A stretch of DNA of 64,000 nt from an uncultured Thermoprotei archaeon (GTDB lineage Archaea > Thermoproteota > Thermoprotei > Thermofilales > B15-G2): the NCBI GenBank assembly GCA_965367815.1, contig CBDUKN010000010.1, positions 18,193 through 82,192 on the forward strand, written 5' to 3'. The notes beneath the pieces were generated by a model that was not told where the DNA came from, ran no database searches, and saw only the letters and a program-made list of their open reading frames with translations. Below, one piece after another: positions 27,230-36,522 of the stretch. Numbering within the stretch: the first letter of the stretch is position 1; every line of letters starts with the position of its first letter. The position numbers were made by a program, and so were the translations under genes.

Positions 27230-27233
27230 AGTT

Positions 27234-28118
27234 TCACTCCTCTCTCAACCTAGGATTAAATATCTTATCGACGCCATTACTTAGAAACACGAGCCCTATT
27301 TGTAAAATAATTATAGCCATAGAAGGTGCTAAAACATACCACCACCCTGTTCCAATAGTACCTGTATATGCTTGAGCCATATGAATCATAGCTCCCCAGT
27401 TTCCCGGAGAATATGGAAGCAGTCCTAATGCAAGCAGTCCTGTATAGGCGTAGATGGCACCGACTGAGTTCAGCATAAAGTTTATGGCTATATAAGGCAT
27501 CATGTTCGGAAGTATTTCTTTAAAGATTATGTAAAATCTGCTTAATCCTAGGCACTTAGCTACCTCTATGTATGGCTCCTTTTTAATAGACAGCACCTGA
27601 GATCTTACAGCTCTCGCTAATCCAGGCCAAGCTGTTATACTCAGCAGCACAGCTACATGTAGCTCCGTTACATCCATTCCTGACTGCATAAGCCATACAG
27701 CAATTATCATTAGCAGAGGAAAGCCAGGTATTGTTAGGAAAATATCTATGACTGATGTTATAATTAAGTCTAGTATACCGCCCGCATAGCCTGCTATAAG
27801 ACCCACTATTGTTCCTATAGCAACTGTAACTAGAGCTGCGAGGAAAGCTACTCTCAGTACAGGAGGCCCTCCATGTACGATTTGGGCGAAAATATCTCTT
27901 CCAGCAAAGTCTGTTCCCAGAGGATGTTTAAGAGAGGGAGGAAGATATTTTTCTTCTAAGCGTGGAGTAAGGTCTAGCGGAACTAATAGTGGGCCAACTA
28001 TAGCCATTACCATGTACGCTGAGACTATGATAAGTCCTGCTAATCCTGTTTTATCTTTGCATAAGATTCTTAGTGGAGTGTAAATATGCTCGTAGATAAA
28101 GTCTTTAATTTTACTCAT
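27234..28118 (-). CDS. oppC: Opp/Dpp ABC permease (OppC)
   Basis: 'PPSLKHPLGTDFAGRDI', EAA-like loop, 'FNPRLR'. Confidence 0.9.
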   Translation of the reverse strand: MSKIKDFIYEHIYTPLRILCKDKTGLAGLIIVSAYMVMAIVGPLLVPLDLTPRLEEKYLPPSLKHPLGTDFAGRDIFAQIVHGGPPVLRVAFLAALVTVAIGTIVGLIAGYAGGILDLIITSVIDIFLTIPGFPLLMIIAVWLMQSGMDVTELHVAVLLSITAWPGLARAVRSQVLSIKKEPYIEVAKCLGLSRFYIIFKEILPNMMPYIAINFMLNSVGAIYAYTGLLALGLLPYSPGNWGAMIHMAQAYTGTIGTGWWYVLAPSMAIIILQIGLVFLSNGVDKIFNPRLREE

Positions 28119-29118
28119 ATCCTCCCCCTCTTCTTACTCTAGGATCAAGCACACCATATAGAAGATCAGCTATAAAGTTAGAAATTACTACAGCTATAAT
28201 TATTAACAGGAATCCTCCTTGAATAAGCGGATAATCTCTATAGGAAAGCGCTAGGCCTATTACTTGACCAATGCCTGTATATGCAAAATAGGATTCAATA
28301 AACACTGACCCTGCGAACATATATCCTAGGCTTATAGCAAAGCTTGTGAAAAGAGGAAGTATTGCGTTTCTTCCTACGTAAGTCCATGTAATACGTTTAG
28401 GTTTTAATCCTCTTGCTTCAGCTGCCATAACATAGTCTTCCCCAAGAACTCTGACAGTACTTCCTCTCATAGCTAGTGCCCATCCACCGAAGCTCGTCAA
28501 AACATATGCTAGCATAGGAAGGAATGAATGGTATAGTACGCTCGATATAAATTCTAAAGTAAAGCCTGGTTTAATTCTTATATCATAGCTACCTCTCGCA
28601 GGAAATATTGGATATTGTATAGCTAAAAAGTAGAGTAAAAGAAGACCTAAAATAAAGTTGGGTATAGCTGAAGAAATACTTGAAAGAAGCGAGCCTACGT
28701 TATCAAAAAGACTTCCTCTTCTATACGCCATTAGCATGCCTAGTCCTATGCCTATCAAGAACGATATAGTCATGGATATTGATAACAGGAAAATAGTCCA
28801 AGGTAACGCGTAAAGCAGACAATCGAGAACAGGAGCTCTTCCACAGTATGTTACTCCCCAGTCTCCTTGTAGTATTCCAGTAATGAATTCAAGATACTGT
28901 TTCCACAAAGGTTCATCCAAGTTAACATTATATAACGCGTAAACTTCCTGCTTGGCTTCTTCCTCAGAGTAACCAAAGGTATTCATGTAGTAAAGTATCA
29001 TCATTTCAATGAAGTTTCCCGGCATAAGCCTTATTAATACAAAAGTTATGGTCATAGCTATCCATATTGTAAGAATCGCTATTAGAGCTCTTCTAATAAT
29101 CCACCTCATGTACTTCAC
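28111..29118 (-). CDS. oppB: Opp/Dpp ABC permease (OppB)
   Basis: 'RLMPGN', 'EDYVMAAEARGL', 'RDYPLIQG', 'LDPRVR'. Confidence 0.9.
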   Translation of the reverse strand: MKYMRWIIRRALIAILTIWIAMTITFVLIRLMPGNFIEMMILYYMNTFGYSEEEAKQEVYALYNVNLDEPLWKQYLEFITGILQGDWGVTYCGRAPVLDCLLYALPWTIFLLSISMTISFLIGIGLGMLMAYRRGSLFDNVGSLLSSISSAIPNFILGLLLLYFLAIQYPIFPARGSYDIRIKPGFTLEFISSVLYHSFLPMLAYVLTSFGGWALAMRGSTVRVLGEDYVMAAEARGLKPKRITWTYVGRNAILPLFTSFAISLGYMFAGSVFIESYFAYTGIGQVIGLALSYRDYPLIQGGFLLIIIAVVISNFIADLLYGVLDPRVRRGGGYE

Positions 29119-29211
29119 CCCCTTACTTCACGTAATAAGTATGTCCAAGGAATAAATATTTTATTATCTGTTTAGGAGAAAAATAAAAAACATTTATATG
29201 AATATTAGGAT

Positions 29212-31290
29212 TTATGTTTCTGGTGCTTTTTTCCTGGAAACCATTACAACTGCTACTGCTAGTATTATGATAATAATGCCTTCTATTGCTGCAACAGCAG
29301 TAAGTGTTCCTACCTGTCCAGCGAGAGCTGATAACTGATCTTTAATAGTCTTTAACTCACTTGAAATAGTTGTTACAGTCTTGTATGTAGCATTAACAGT
29401 TTCATACAGTCCAGCTGGAACTGCTGGTTTAGGTGTAGGAGCTCTCCATAGTCCTGAGCACATTAGGAAGCCGTAGACAAAACCTGGGTTATTTCCTTGC
29501 TCAATCTGTATAGGCTTGTAGTCCATGTATACAGCCCATCCTACAGCACAGTCAATATGCTTAATATTTACGTTATTGTAGAACTTTTTCTCATGTAGCT
29601 GTAGTGCTGGTAAGTAGTGGTTAGTTATGTAAGCTAGTGCCTTAACAATTTCTTTTGCTTCATCCATATCGTAAGTTATTTCAAGTTTTTCTACAAGTTC
29701 AGTTGCATTGACCTTACCATGATACTTTGATACTCCTTCAGGCACATACTGTATTGGATTAAAGCCTAGACCCTCTACTCCGACAGTATAGCTTACATAG
29801 AATCTGTTGTAGCTGTCCCACGGATGATACTTGCCGTATGTCCAGAAGTCTATTGCTAGCCAAAAGTCTCCTCTCTCTCTAATAGTTTTGCCCCACATAC
29901 CCCAGTCTAACTCTATTACCTTAGTCTCGATACCGAACTTAGTTAACTGGACGGCAATATTTTCTGCTCCAGGAACCCATCCACACCAGCCTGCAGGAAC
30001 ATGTACAGTTAACTTGAATTGCTCGCCTGTAGGTAAGTACCACTTGCCGTCTTTCTTAGTGAAGCCCAGGCTCTTTAAGAGTTCTTCAGCTTTACTTGGA
30101 TTATACTCATATTTACTGCACCATTGCTCTAGCCAGTCTTTAGACAGCCAATTATATACATCTGATGGCGAAATACACACAGGCCACTCTGCTGGAACAA
30201 CGCTCTCGGGACCCCACTCTACAGCTACTTCACAGTACTCATCTAAGTTAATAGCGTAAGCTATAGCCCATCTGACTTCAGTTATATTAAGTGGGTACCT
30301 CTTACAGTTGAAGTAGAGGCAGTGTCCGTGTAGCCATGGGCCTGTGCATGTCCAGTAGCCGGGGTTTCTCTTCATTGTCTCATATACGTCTTCACTCATT
30401 CCTGTCCAAGTATAGTCGAACATTCCTGCTTTTACTAGTGGCCAGCTGGCGGGGTCGCTTATTCTTCTATGCCAAATAATCTTATCCCATAGCCTATAGT
30501 CTTTTGTTCCACCAAAAACGAATTTGCCTTTAGGAGTCTCAAGAGTCCATGTAACACCCAAGTCTTTAACCCAGTAATGTGGCCTAAGCTTATAGATCCA
30601 CTCAGTGTCAGTAGATCTCTCGTATTCATAAGGACCTGTACCAATTAACTTGTCGGGTTTATAGTCTAGTAGCTTCTTTTTAAGCTCATCCATATCTACG
30701 CCTTTAAGAGGTATACTACCCGGTATCTTAAGGCCTGGAGCAAACTGACCATACTGAGCATAAGACACCACGAAGAAGTTAAGGAACCATTCTTTGTAGA
30801 AGAGTGGGGCTGGTTTCTTAATGTAGATTATTACAGTGTATTTATCTGGCGCTTCTACTTTCTCGAGATATTTTGCTGGACCCCAGCCTGTTAGCCATCT
30901 GCACCAGAATGTTGTGAGAACATCTAGTGCAGTAAATTCTTTGCCGTCGCTCCACTTAATTCCCTTACGTAACTTAATAGTGAGTATTATTTTGTCTTCA
31001 GTAATTTTCTCCGTATAACTTTCAGCTAGCCATGGATAGAACTTCCGTTCACCTCGGCTATACCAGAATAAGGGCTCAATAATCATGTAGGTGGGTCTGC
31101 AATTGTAAAAGACGTTCCATGTCCTCATTGGTGGCGGAGGCTCACATGGCTGCAGAATATGCAGAACCAGCTCCTCTTTTTCTTGAGGAGCAGCTACAAG
31201 GGGTTTAACAGCAATAGCGGTTGTCGCCAACAGTAGTGTCAACATCATTAAATATGTTAAGACTCTGTTTCCTTTACTAGAATAGCCCAT
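29212..31290 (-). CDS. oppA: Family-5 ABC substrate-binding protein with C-terminal membrane anchor
   Basis: Signal peptide; 'LRKGIKWSDGKEFTALDV'; 'IGTGPY'; 'EVRWAIAYAIN'; C-terminal coiled coil, TM helix and RKK. Confidence 0.9.
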   Translation of the reverse strand: MGYSSKGNRVLTYLMMLTLLLATTAIAVKPLVAAPQEKEELVLHILQPCEPPPPMRTWNVFYNCRPTYMIIEPLFWYSRGERKFYPWLAESYTEKITEDKIILTIKLRKGIKWSDGKEFTALDVLTTFWCRWLTGWGPAKYLEKVEAPDKYTVIIYIKKPAPLFYKEWFLNFFVVSYAQYGQFAPGLKIPGSIPLKGVDMDELKKKLLDYKPDKLIGTGPYEYERSTDTEWIYKLRPHYWVKDLGVTWTLETPKGKFVFGGTKDYRLWDKIIWHRRISDPASWPLVKAGMFDYTWTGMSEDVYETMKRNPGYWTCTGPWLHGHCLYFNCKRYPLNITEVRWAIAYAINLDEYCEVAVEWGPESVVPAEWPVCISPSDVYNWLSKDWLEQWCSKYEYNPSKAEELLKSLGFTKKDGKWYLPTGEQFKLTVHVPAGWCGWVPGAENIAVQLTKFGIETKVIELDWGMWGKTIRERGDFWLAIDFWTYGKYHPWDSYNRFYVSYTVGVEGLGFNPIQYVPEGVSKYHGKVNATELVEKLEITYDMDEAKEIVKALAYITNHYLPALQLHEKKFYNNVNIKHIDCAVGWAVYMDYKPIQIEQGNNPGFVYGFLMCSGLWRAPTPKPAVPAGLYETVNATYKTVTTISSELKTIKDQLSALAGQVGTLTAVAAIEGIIIIILAVAVVMVSRKKAPET

Positions 31291-31971
31291 GTTTAGTAAC
31301 TCTACCTATAGATATTTAAGCTTTTACACGTGAATACCGCCTTAGAATCCAAAACTTTATATAGTTTTATCATTAAAGGGAAAATTTTTATATTTATAGT
31401 AAAATTACCTTGTAAGCAGAAAAAGTCTGAGGAAAAGTCAGGTATGCTGACTTATATTTTTTGTTAGCATATTCACTAATACTAGCTAATTATTCGCTTT
31501 TATGCTCGGCAATGTGAAAAGATTTTTCTCGACCTAACTAGATATTTTCTGGAAACAAGCGAGACTACGGGATTAATTGCAGAAAATAATCTAGTTTCAC
31601 TTAATACTAATTTAATTCGATAAAAACTATAGTTGTAATACCTGTGTTTATTTAAGAATATTTTTAGTTAATTTTCTCTTGTAAAATATTCTTGCAAAGT
31701 TTTTGTTGATGTATTATGGCTGTTTGCTTTGCATATATCTTTTTTAGGGCGAGATTTATGAAAATTCAGGGGATATTTTTACAACGCTGTATGCTAATTT
31801 ATATGTGTATTTTGTAAAATGTCAGTATACTAGGTATAGCGTTGTTTATTCTTAGTGAAAATTATTGTTGAGTGCTTTTAGATTGTTATGAAATTTATGT
31901 GGAGTTCACTAGGCTATGGTTTTAGTATAGGAGATAAGTTTATGCTGAAGAATATTCAAATAGTTTCTGCT

Positions 31972-32020
31972 GTGATGACACTACGGGGGTCTGATCGGTG
32001 AAGAGCATCCTGACGGCTGA
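31972..32020 (+). ncRNA. Box C/D methylation-guide sRNA
   Basis: C box GTGATGA 31972-78; 12-nt guide CACTACGGGGGT; D' CTGA 31991-94; C' GTGAAGA 31998-32004; 12-nt guide GCATCCTGACGG; D CTGA 32017-20. GC-rich island in an AT-rich gap. Confidence 0.88.
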
Positions 32021-32071
32021 CTTCTACATTTGTTTAAAGGGGTTTTAAGGAATTACAGTGTTGTTTAGAAA

Positions 32072-33994
32072 CTAGACTTCGGCTGTGTAGAAGGTTATTA
32101 GTGACTCTAGTGCCGCTATCATATTGTCTGCAATATACCTTACTGTTGGGCATTCTTTGTTACATATTTTACACTTACTGCATTTTTCGCTTAGTACTCT
32201 GAAGCCGTTTATTTTAGGATCGTACACTATTGCATTGCTGGGGCACCAGTTTACGCAGGAGTAACATTTGCTACACAGAACTGCTCTCGAGACAATGTAT
32301 ACTATGTTAGCGAAGTCTTTAATGAAGTCTTCTTGGCTTTCCAGCTCTACTTCAATAGAGTTTTTGCATATTGTCACTTTATTTCCTTGAGGTAAAGTAA
32401 ACTCAATTCTATTTTCTCTTAAAGTGTATTTGTCTACGTATATTGGTAGAAGTGCTTCTACTTTCTTCAAGTCTATTGGTATACTAAAGTACGCTACTAT
32501 GCTATTATCTTCTTTTTTGAGCTCCCTGATATACTCTATTTTTTGGTTCTTTTCCTCTATTTCAGAGGGCTCGAAGCCCAGTTGCTCTATGAATCTTTTC
32601 TGGTCTCCCGGAAGTCTTTTCCATCTCCACCAGCCATACTTAATCCATTCTTGGGGAAATCCTTTCTTTTCAGCGTACTTTACTAGGAAATTGTTCCATT
32701 TGTTCCAGAGCTCTGGGTGTAGTTGCTCGACTAAATGGAATTCTGCTAGTTCGCAGGCTGGGCAGAGCCAGCAGCCGATGCGGTCTAGTCCCTTGCTGTA
32801 CAATGTGTTGTAGGGTAGTTTTTCTTTGAATATGTAGAGCCATACTTCTAGTGCACTCCAGTCGAGTATAGGTGACAGTAAGTAGACTTTGGGGAGCCAT
32901 CTGCTTTTCTCGAAGTATCTCTGTCTAAATCTCTGAATTGACTCGTATTTTCTTTGGCCGACAATGCTGATTATTTCTCCTGAAGTTATTTGCTTATAGG
33001 TTCTAGCTATTGGTGTTAGCTTACATACTTTGCAGCACCACCTGTAGTCTCTTGCGGGAGGACCATATATCCAGAGTGACTCAAAGAACCTGTTTTCTGC
33101 TGAAGCTACGTGTAGTTTAAGTCCATAGAGCTCAGTTACTTTGTCTACGTTTTCTACTGTCTCGGGGAGCTCTAGTCCTGTGTCATTGAATATTGCTTCG
33201 CCGACTCCGCAGTAGTTTAAGGCTATGTGGAGTGTTACTAGACTGTCTTTTCCTCCCGAGTAAGATACTATCGGGCGCTTGGCTGAGTGTCTGGCGAGAG
33301 TCTTTTCGAGTATTCTTCTAGATTTCGAGACTAGCGTCTCTAAGCGAGCTTCATTTGCCTCAAGAAGGTCTTTAAGTGCAGTCGGCTTATTTAAGTACAG
33401 TGGTTTCTTTGAGGACCAGTATTTTGCTACTCTAATGCGTTTTCCTTGGAGCTTTACTCCTACTCCCTGTGTTTCTCCGTCTGCTGTGACTAAAGCTATG
33501 TACATGTTCTTTTTCTCGGGGAGATTAGCCTCTACTATGCGGTCTCCGTGTATTTCGTAGCCTTTAGTTAAACGCGGGAGATCTACTACAGCGTAGTAGC
33601 CTATCTTGTTTTCGAGCATTTTAGCTACTCCCTGGTACATTGGCTTGAAACGCCATTTTCTCGACTCCGGGTCATAGTACCTGTGGCCTATTATTTGGCC
33701 CTGAACAACTACTTCGTCTGCTGCGTCGATATAAGGTATTTTATTGAAGAATACTAGCTGGTTTCTAGGCAGCAAAATATCTGCTTCTTTTTCAGATAAA
33801 CCAAGCTCCGCTTTAACTAGTTCTCTCAGTTCTCTTACTTCTGTGTCAAATGCGGGTCTTATGTCAGAGGGAGGAGTAAGCTTTACTTTAAAACACACGC
33901 TGTTGCACTTACCGCAGTGGCTCTGCTCTAATACAGGTACATTGCAATCAAGACACCAGTAAACCCGTACTCCTTTAACAAATCTCGGTAACAT
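32072..33994 (-). CDS. PAPS-reductase-family (PP-loop) protein with N-terminal Zn ribbon/PUA-like region and C-terminal 4Fe-4S dicluster
   Basis: 'WCLDCNVP', 'SYSGGKDS', 'RWCCKVCK', 'RIGCWLCP', and two CxxCxxCxxxCP motifs. Confidence 0.88.
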   Translation of the reverse strand: MLPRFVKGVRVYWCLDCNVPVLEQSHCGKCNSVCFKVKLTPPSDIRPAFDTEVRELRELVKAELGLSEKEADILLPRNQLVFFNKIPYIDAADEVVVQGQIIGHRYYDPESRKWRFKPMYQGVAKMLENKIGYYAVVDLPRLTKGYEIHGDRIVEANLPEKKNMYIALVTADGETQGVGVKLQGKRIRVAKYWSSKKPLYLNKPTALKDLLEANEARLETLVSKSRRILEKTLARHSAKRPIVSYSGGKDSLVTLHIALNYCGVGEAIFNDTGLELPETVENVDKVTELYGLKLHVASAENRFFESLWIYGPPARDYRWCCKVCKLTPIARTYKQITSGEIISIVGQRKYESIQRFRQRYFEKSRWLPKVYLLSPILDWSALEVWLYIFKEKLPYNTLYSKGLDRIGCWLCPACELAEFHLVEQLHPELWNKWNNFLVKYAEKKGFPQEWIKYGWWRWKRLPGDQKRFIEQLGFEPSEIEEKNQKIEYIRELKKEDNSIVAYFSIPIDLKKVEALLPIYVDKYTLRENRIEFTLPQGNKVTICKNSIEVELESQEDFIKDFANIVYIVSRAVLCSKCYSCVNWCPSNAIVYDPKINGFRVLSEKCSKCKICNKECPTVRYIADNMIAALESLITFYTAEV

Positions 33995-34077
33995 GACCTT
34001 GTGCTTTTTAAGCGAAACAGTCTTTAAAAAGATACCTCAGCAAAATTTTTCTAGCCTGAAGCACGAAGTAACATGGG

Positions 34078-34127
34078 ATGAAGAAGGACGCCCTTGACCG
34101 AGCAGTGATGTATTTCGGCGGAACTGA
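34078..34127 (+). ncRNA. Box C/D methylation-guide sRNA
   Basis: C box ATGAAGA 34078-84; 13-nt guide AGGACGCCCTTGA; D' CCGA 34098-101; C' GTGATGT 34105-11; 12-nt guide ATTTCGGCGGAA; D CTGA 34124-27. Confidence 0.8.
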
Positions 34128-34170
34128 CCGCCAAAACTAAATAGCTTTAAAGAACATTTTATGCGAGAAA

Positions 34171-34554
34171 ATGAGCCTCTACATTACCCACGTAGACAAA
34201 GTAGAGAAGAAGCCTGTAGACTTTAAGGGAGCTAAAGACGCTTATATTCAGTGGCTTATAGATCCTTCTGCTGGAGCAAAAAACTTCGCTATGAGAATGT
34301 TCACTATTAAGCCTGGCGGAGAAATACCTAAACACAGCCACTGGTACGAGCACGAAATATTTGTTTTAAAGGGGAAAGGAGTTATCGGCGCAGGTGATAA
34401 AGAGTATGAAGTTTCTGAAGGAAATGTTATCTACGTGCCCTCCAATATCCCGCACTGGTATAGAAATACTGGCAGCGAAGACTGGGTTTTCATATGTGTA
34501 ATTCCTTTAAGAAAGCCTACGGGAGCTCAAATCAAGCCTCAGCATAAGTGTTAA
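34171..34554 (+). CDS. Cupin domain protein
   Basis: 'PKHSHWYEHEIFVLKG...VPSNIPHWYRN'. Confidence 0.92.
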   Translation: MSLYITHVDKVEKKPVDFKGAKDAYIQWLIDPSAGAKNFAMRMFTIKPGGEIPKHSHWYEHEIFVLKGKGVIGAGDKEYEVSEGNVIYVPSNIPHWYRNTGSEDWVFICVIPLRKPTGAQIKPQHKC

Positions 34555-34589
34555 ATTAAGCTTATTTACTTTAGTGAAGGAGAAAAGCC

Positions 34590-35762
34590 ATGAGTTCCTC
34601 TAGTAAAAGGATAGTGTTTCTTTTCTCTTCTTACTATTTAGCTTTCTATTTATGTCGCTATAGTCTGCTACCTGTTTTGCCGCTATTGGTAGAGAAGAGA
34701 GTTCTCGAGGCTAGCCAAATAGGCTTGATTATATCGGCGCTATATACAGGATATGCGGCTATGCTTGTTCCAGCAGGCTTTTTCTCTCGAAGATATGGGG
34801 CTAAAAGAACAGTTATTGTAGGCGCCTTAGGCTCGATTTTATCAAACTTTTTACTAGCGTTCGCTAAAGACTTCGGAGCCATGTTTGTGTTAATGTTAAC
34901 TAACGGTGTTTTCCAGGGACTTGTATGGCCTTCGCTCATGTACTTAACTTCGGTTAAGTGCTCTGGCGACGAAGTAGACTATGCTGTAGGATCTATGCTG
35001 ACTGCAGCTATTTTCGGGCCTTCAGCTGTATTTTTCTCAGCGGGGCTGATAATGATGTTTTTCGACCCAAGAACAATTTTCTATGCGTACAGCTTTGTTT
35101 TGTGTATACTTACTTTTATTTTCTATAGAAGTATCGAAGAGACTTCAATAGAGAAAAAAGTGTTTGACAAAAGTGTTTTTATCAATATAAATGTGTGGCT
35201 TCTAGCAGTAAGTTATCTATGTTTTTATGCCATTATTAAAGGTACTCTAGGGTGGCTTCCAGTAATCGTTACTAGTGAAGCAAAATTATCTCCGGCTATA
35301 GCCTCTATTGTAAGCGGTATTTTTCCTATTGTAAGCAGTTTAGGCGCGCTCTTAGGAACTATTTTATCTAAGAAAACTGTAGGAAAAGAGTCTATCCTTT
35401 TGGCTTCGTTTACCTTATCTGCATTAGTGCTTCTTATGCTCAGTAAGAAGAATATAGTCCTGTGGCTTGTGGCACTTTTCTTTACTATAAGTCTTTCAGA
35501 GTGGTTTTTCTTCACTATTCCACCTACTTTTCTTTCTCCTGAAGCAGTAGCGCTTGCTTCAGGCATAATAGACTCTATGGGCTATGTAGGTAGCTCTTTG
35601 GGCGCTACTGTCGTAGGGTTTATGGGGAGTGTATACGGAGACTATTGTACTGCGTTAAAAGCTTTAACTATTTTTTGTCTCGCCGGAGTAATATCTTCAA
35701 CTATTTTAGTTAAATTGAGGAAAACTTCTAAGGAACGTAATTTCAGAGCAAAAACCAGTTGA
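34590..35762 (+). CDS. MFS transporter
   Basis: About 12 TM helices; motif-A-like 'GFFSRRYGAKR'; 'NGVFQGLVWP'. Confidence 0.88.
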   Translation: MSSSSKRIVFLFSSYYLAFYLCRYSLLPVLPLLVEKRVLEASQIGLIISALYTGYAAMLVPAGFFSRRYGAKRTVIVGALGSILSNFLLAFAKDFGAMFVLMLTNGVFQGLVWPSLMYLTSVKCSGDEVDYAVGSMLTAAIFGPSAVFFSAGLIMMFFDPRTIFYAYSFVLCILTFIFYRSIEETSIEKKVFDKSVFININVWLLAVSYLCFYAIIKGTLGWLPVIVTSEAKLSPAIASIVSGIFPIVSSLGALLGTILSKKTVGKESILLASFTLSALVLLMLSKKNIVLWLVALFFTISLSEWFFFTIPPTFLSPEAVALASGIIDSMGYVGSSLGATVVGFMGSVYGDYCTALKALTIFCLAGVISSTILVKLRKTSKERNFRAKTS

Positions 35763-35938
35763 CTCGATAGTTTGTGTATTAAAAGAAGATTTATTGGGAA
35801 AATCAAAAAGAGTAAGAAAATTGTTTAAGTTATTTTTTAGCTAAGAGAGATTGATAGGTAGTATTAGTATTAAACAGTAAACAAATGCATAGAATATAAA
35901 TACTAAGCCTGCTTTTCCTTAGAGCGAGAGATACAGTA

Positions 35939-36372
35939 ATGTATCCTCCTAGAAGACCTCCTATTAGTAGAGCAAGAGAAGAGATCTTGGATGAAATAAG
36001 AGAGAAATTAAAGCCGAAATAAGATTTGGGCTAGCTAGGCTCTATAGATAGCTGAGAAGAGACATTAGAATGGTTATTCTAGAGGCAAAATGTCTTTCGG
36101 GAGCAGAAGCCGAAGAAGCGACTGAGACAAAAGAAAAGGAAGATTATCAAAGTATTGTTGAAAAGTTATTCGGCGGGCTCGGTATAGACACAGGAGATTT
36201 GATTAAATATAGTGGAGCTGCATTAGCGGATGCTCTTGCAGTATTGTCGACAACGCATATTGGTGATATCTACAACTTTATTAATGAGAGGAAGTCTAGC
36301 GGAGCTTCAGTAGAGGAAATAAAGGAGGCTTTAGCGCAGTTTATTCAAGAGAAACTTTCAGGGAGCCAGTAA
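35939..36372 (+). pseudogene. Hypothetical helical protein, disrupted at its 5' end
   Basis: ATG 35939 'MYPPRRPPISRAREEILDEIREK', a frameshift, 'KAEIRFGLARLYR*LRRDIR', then the 100-aa ORF 36070-36372. Confidence 0.4.
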
Positions 36373-36522
36373 AACGTAGTTAACTTAAATAAATATTTTT
36401 GTTTTGTATCTATGTTGAATTATTTTTAGTCTTCATAATTAGAACTATAGTATTCTAATGTAAGCTGCTGTACTTTACGGGACTCTATCAAAGTAAATAT
36501 ATGGACTTCATGTAGTATTACT

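Noticed and set aside
31291-31970. Replication origin
   Set aside because: AT-rich, but no ORB/mini-ORB repeats were recognised and there is no adjacent cdc6/orc1 or whiP gene.
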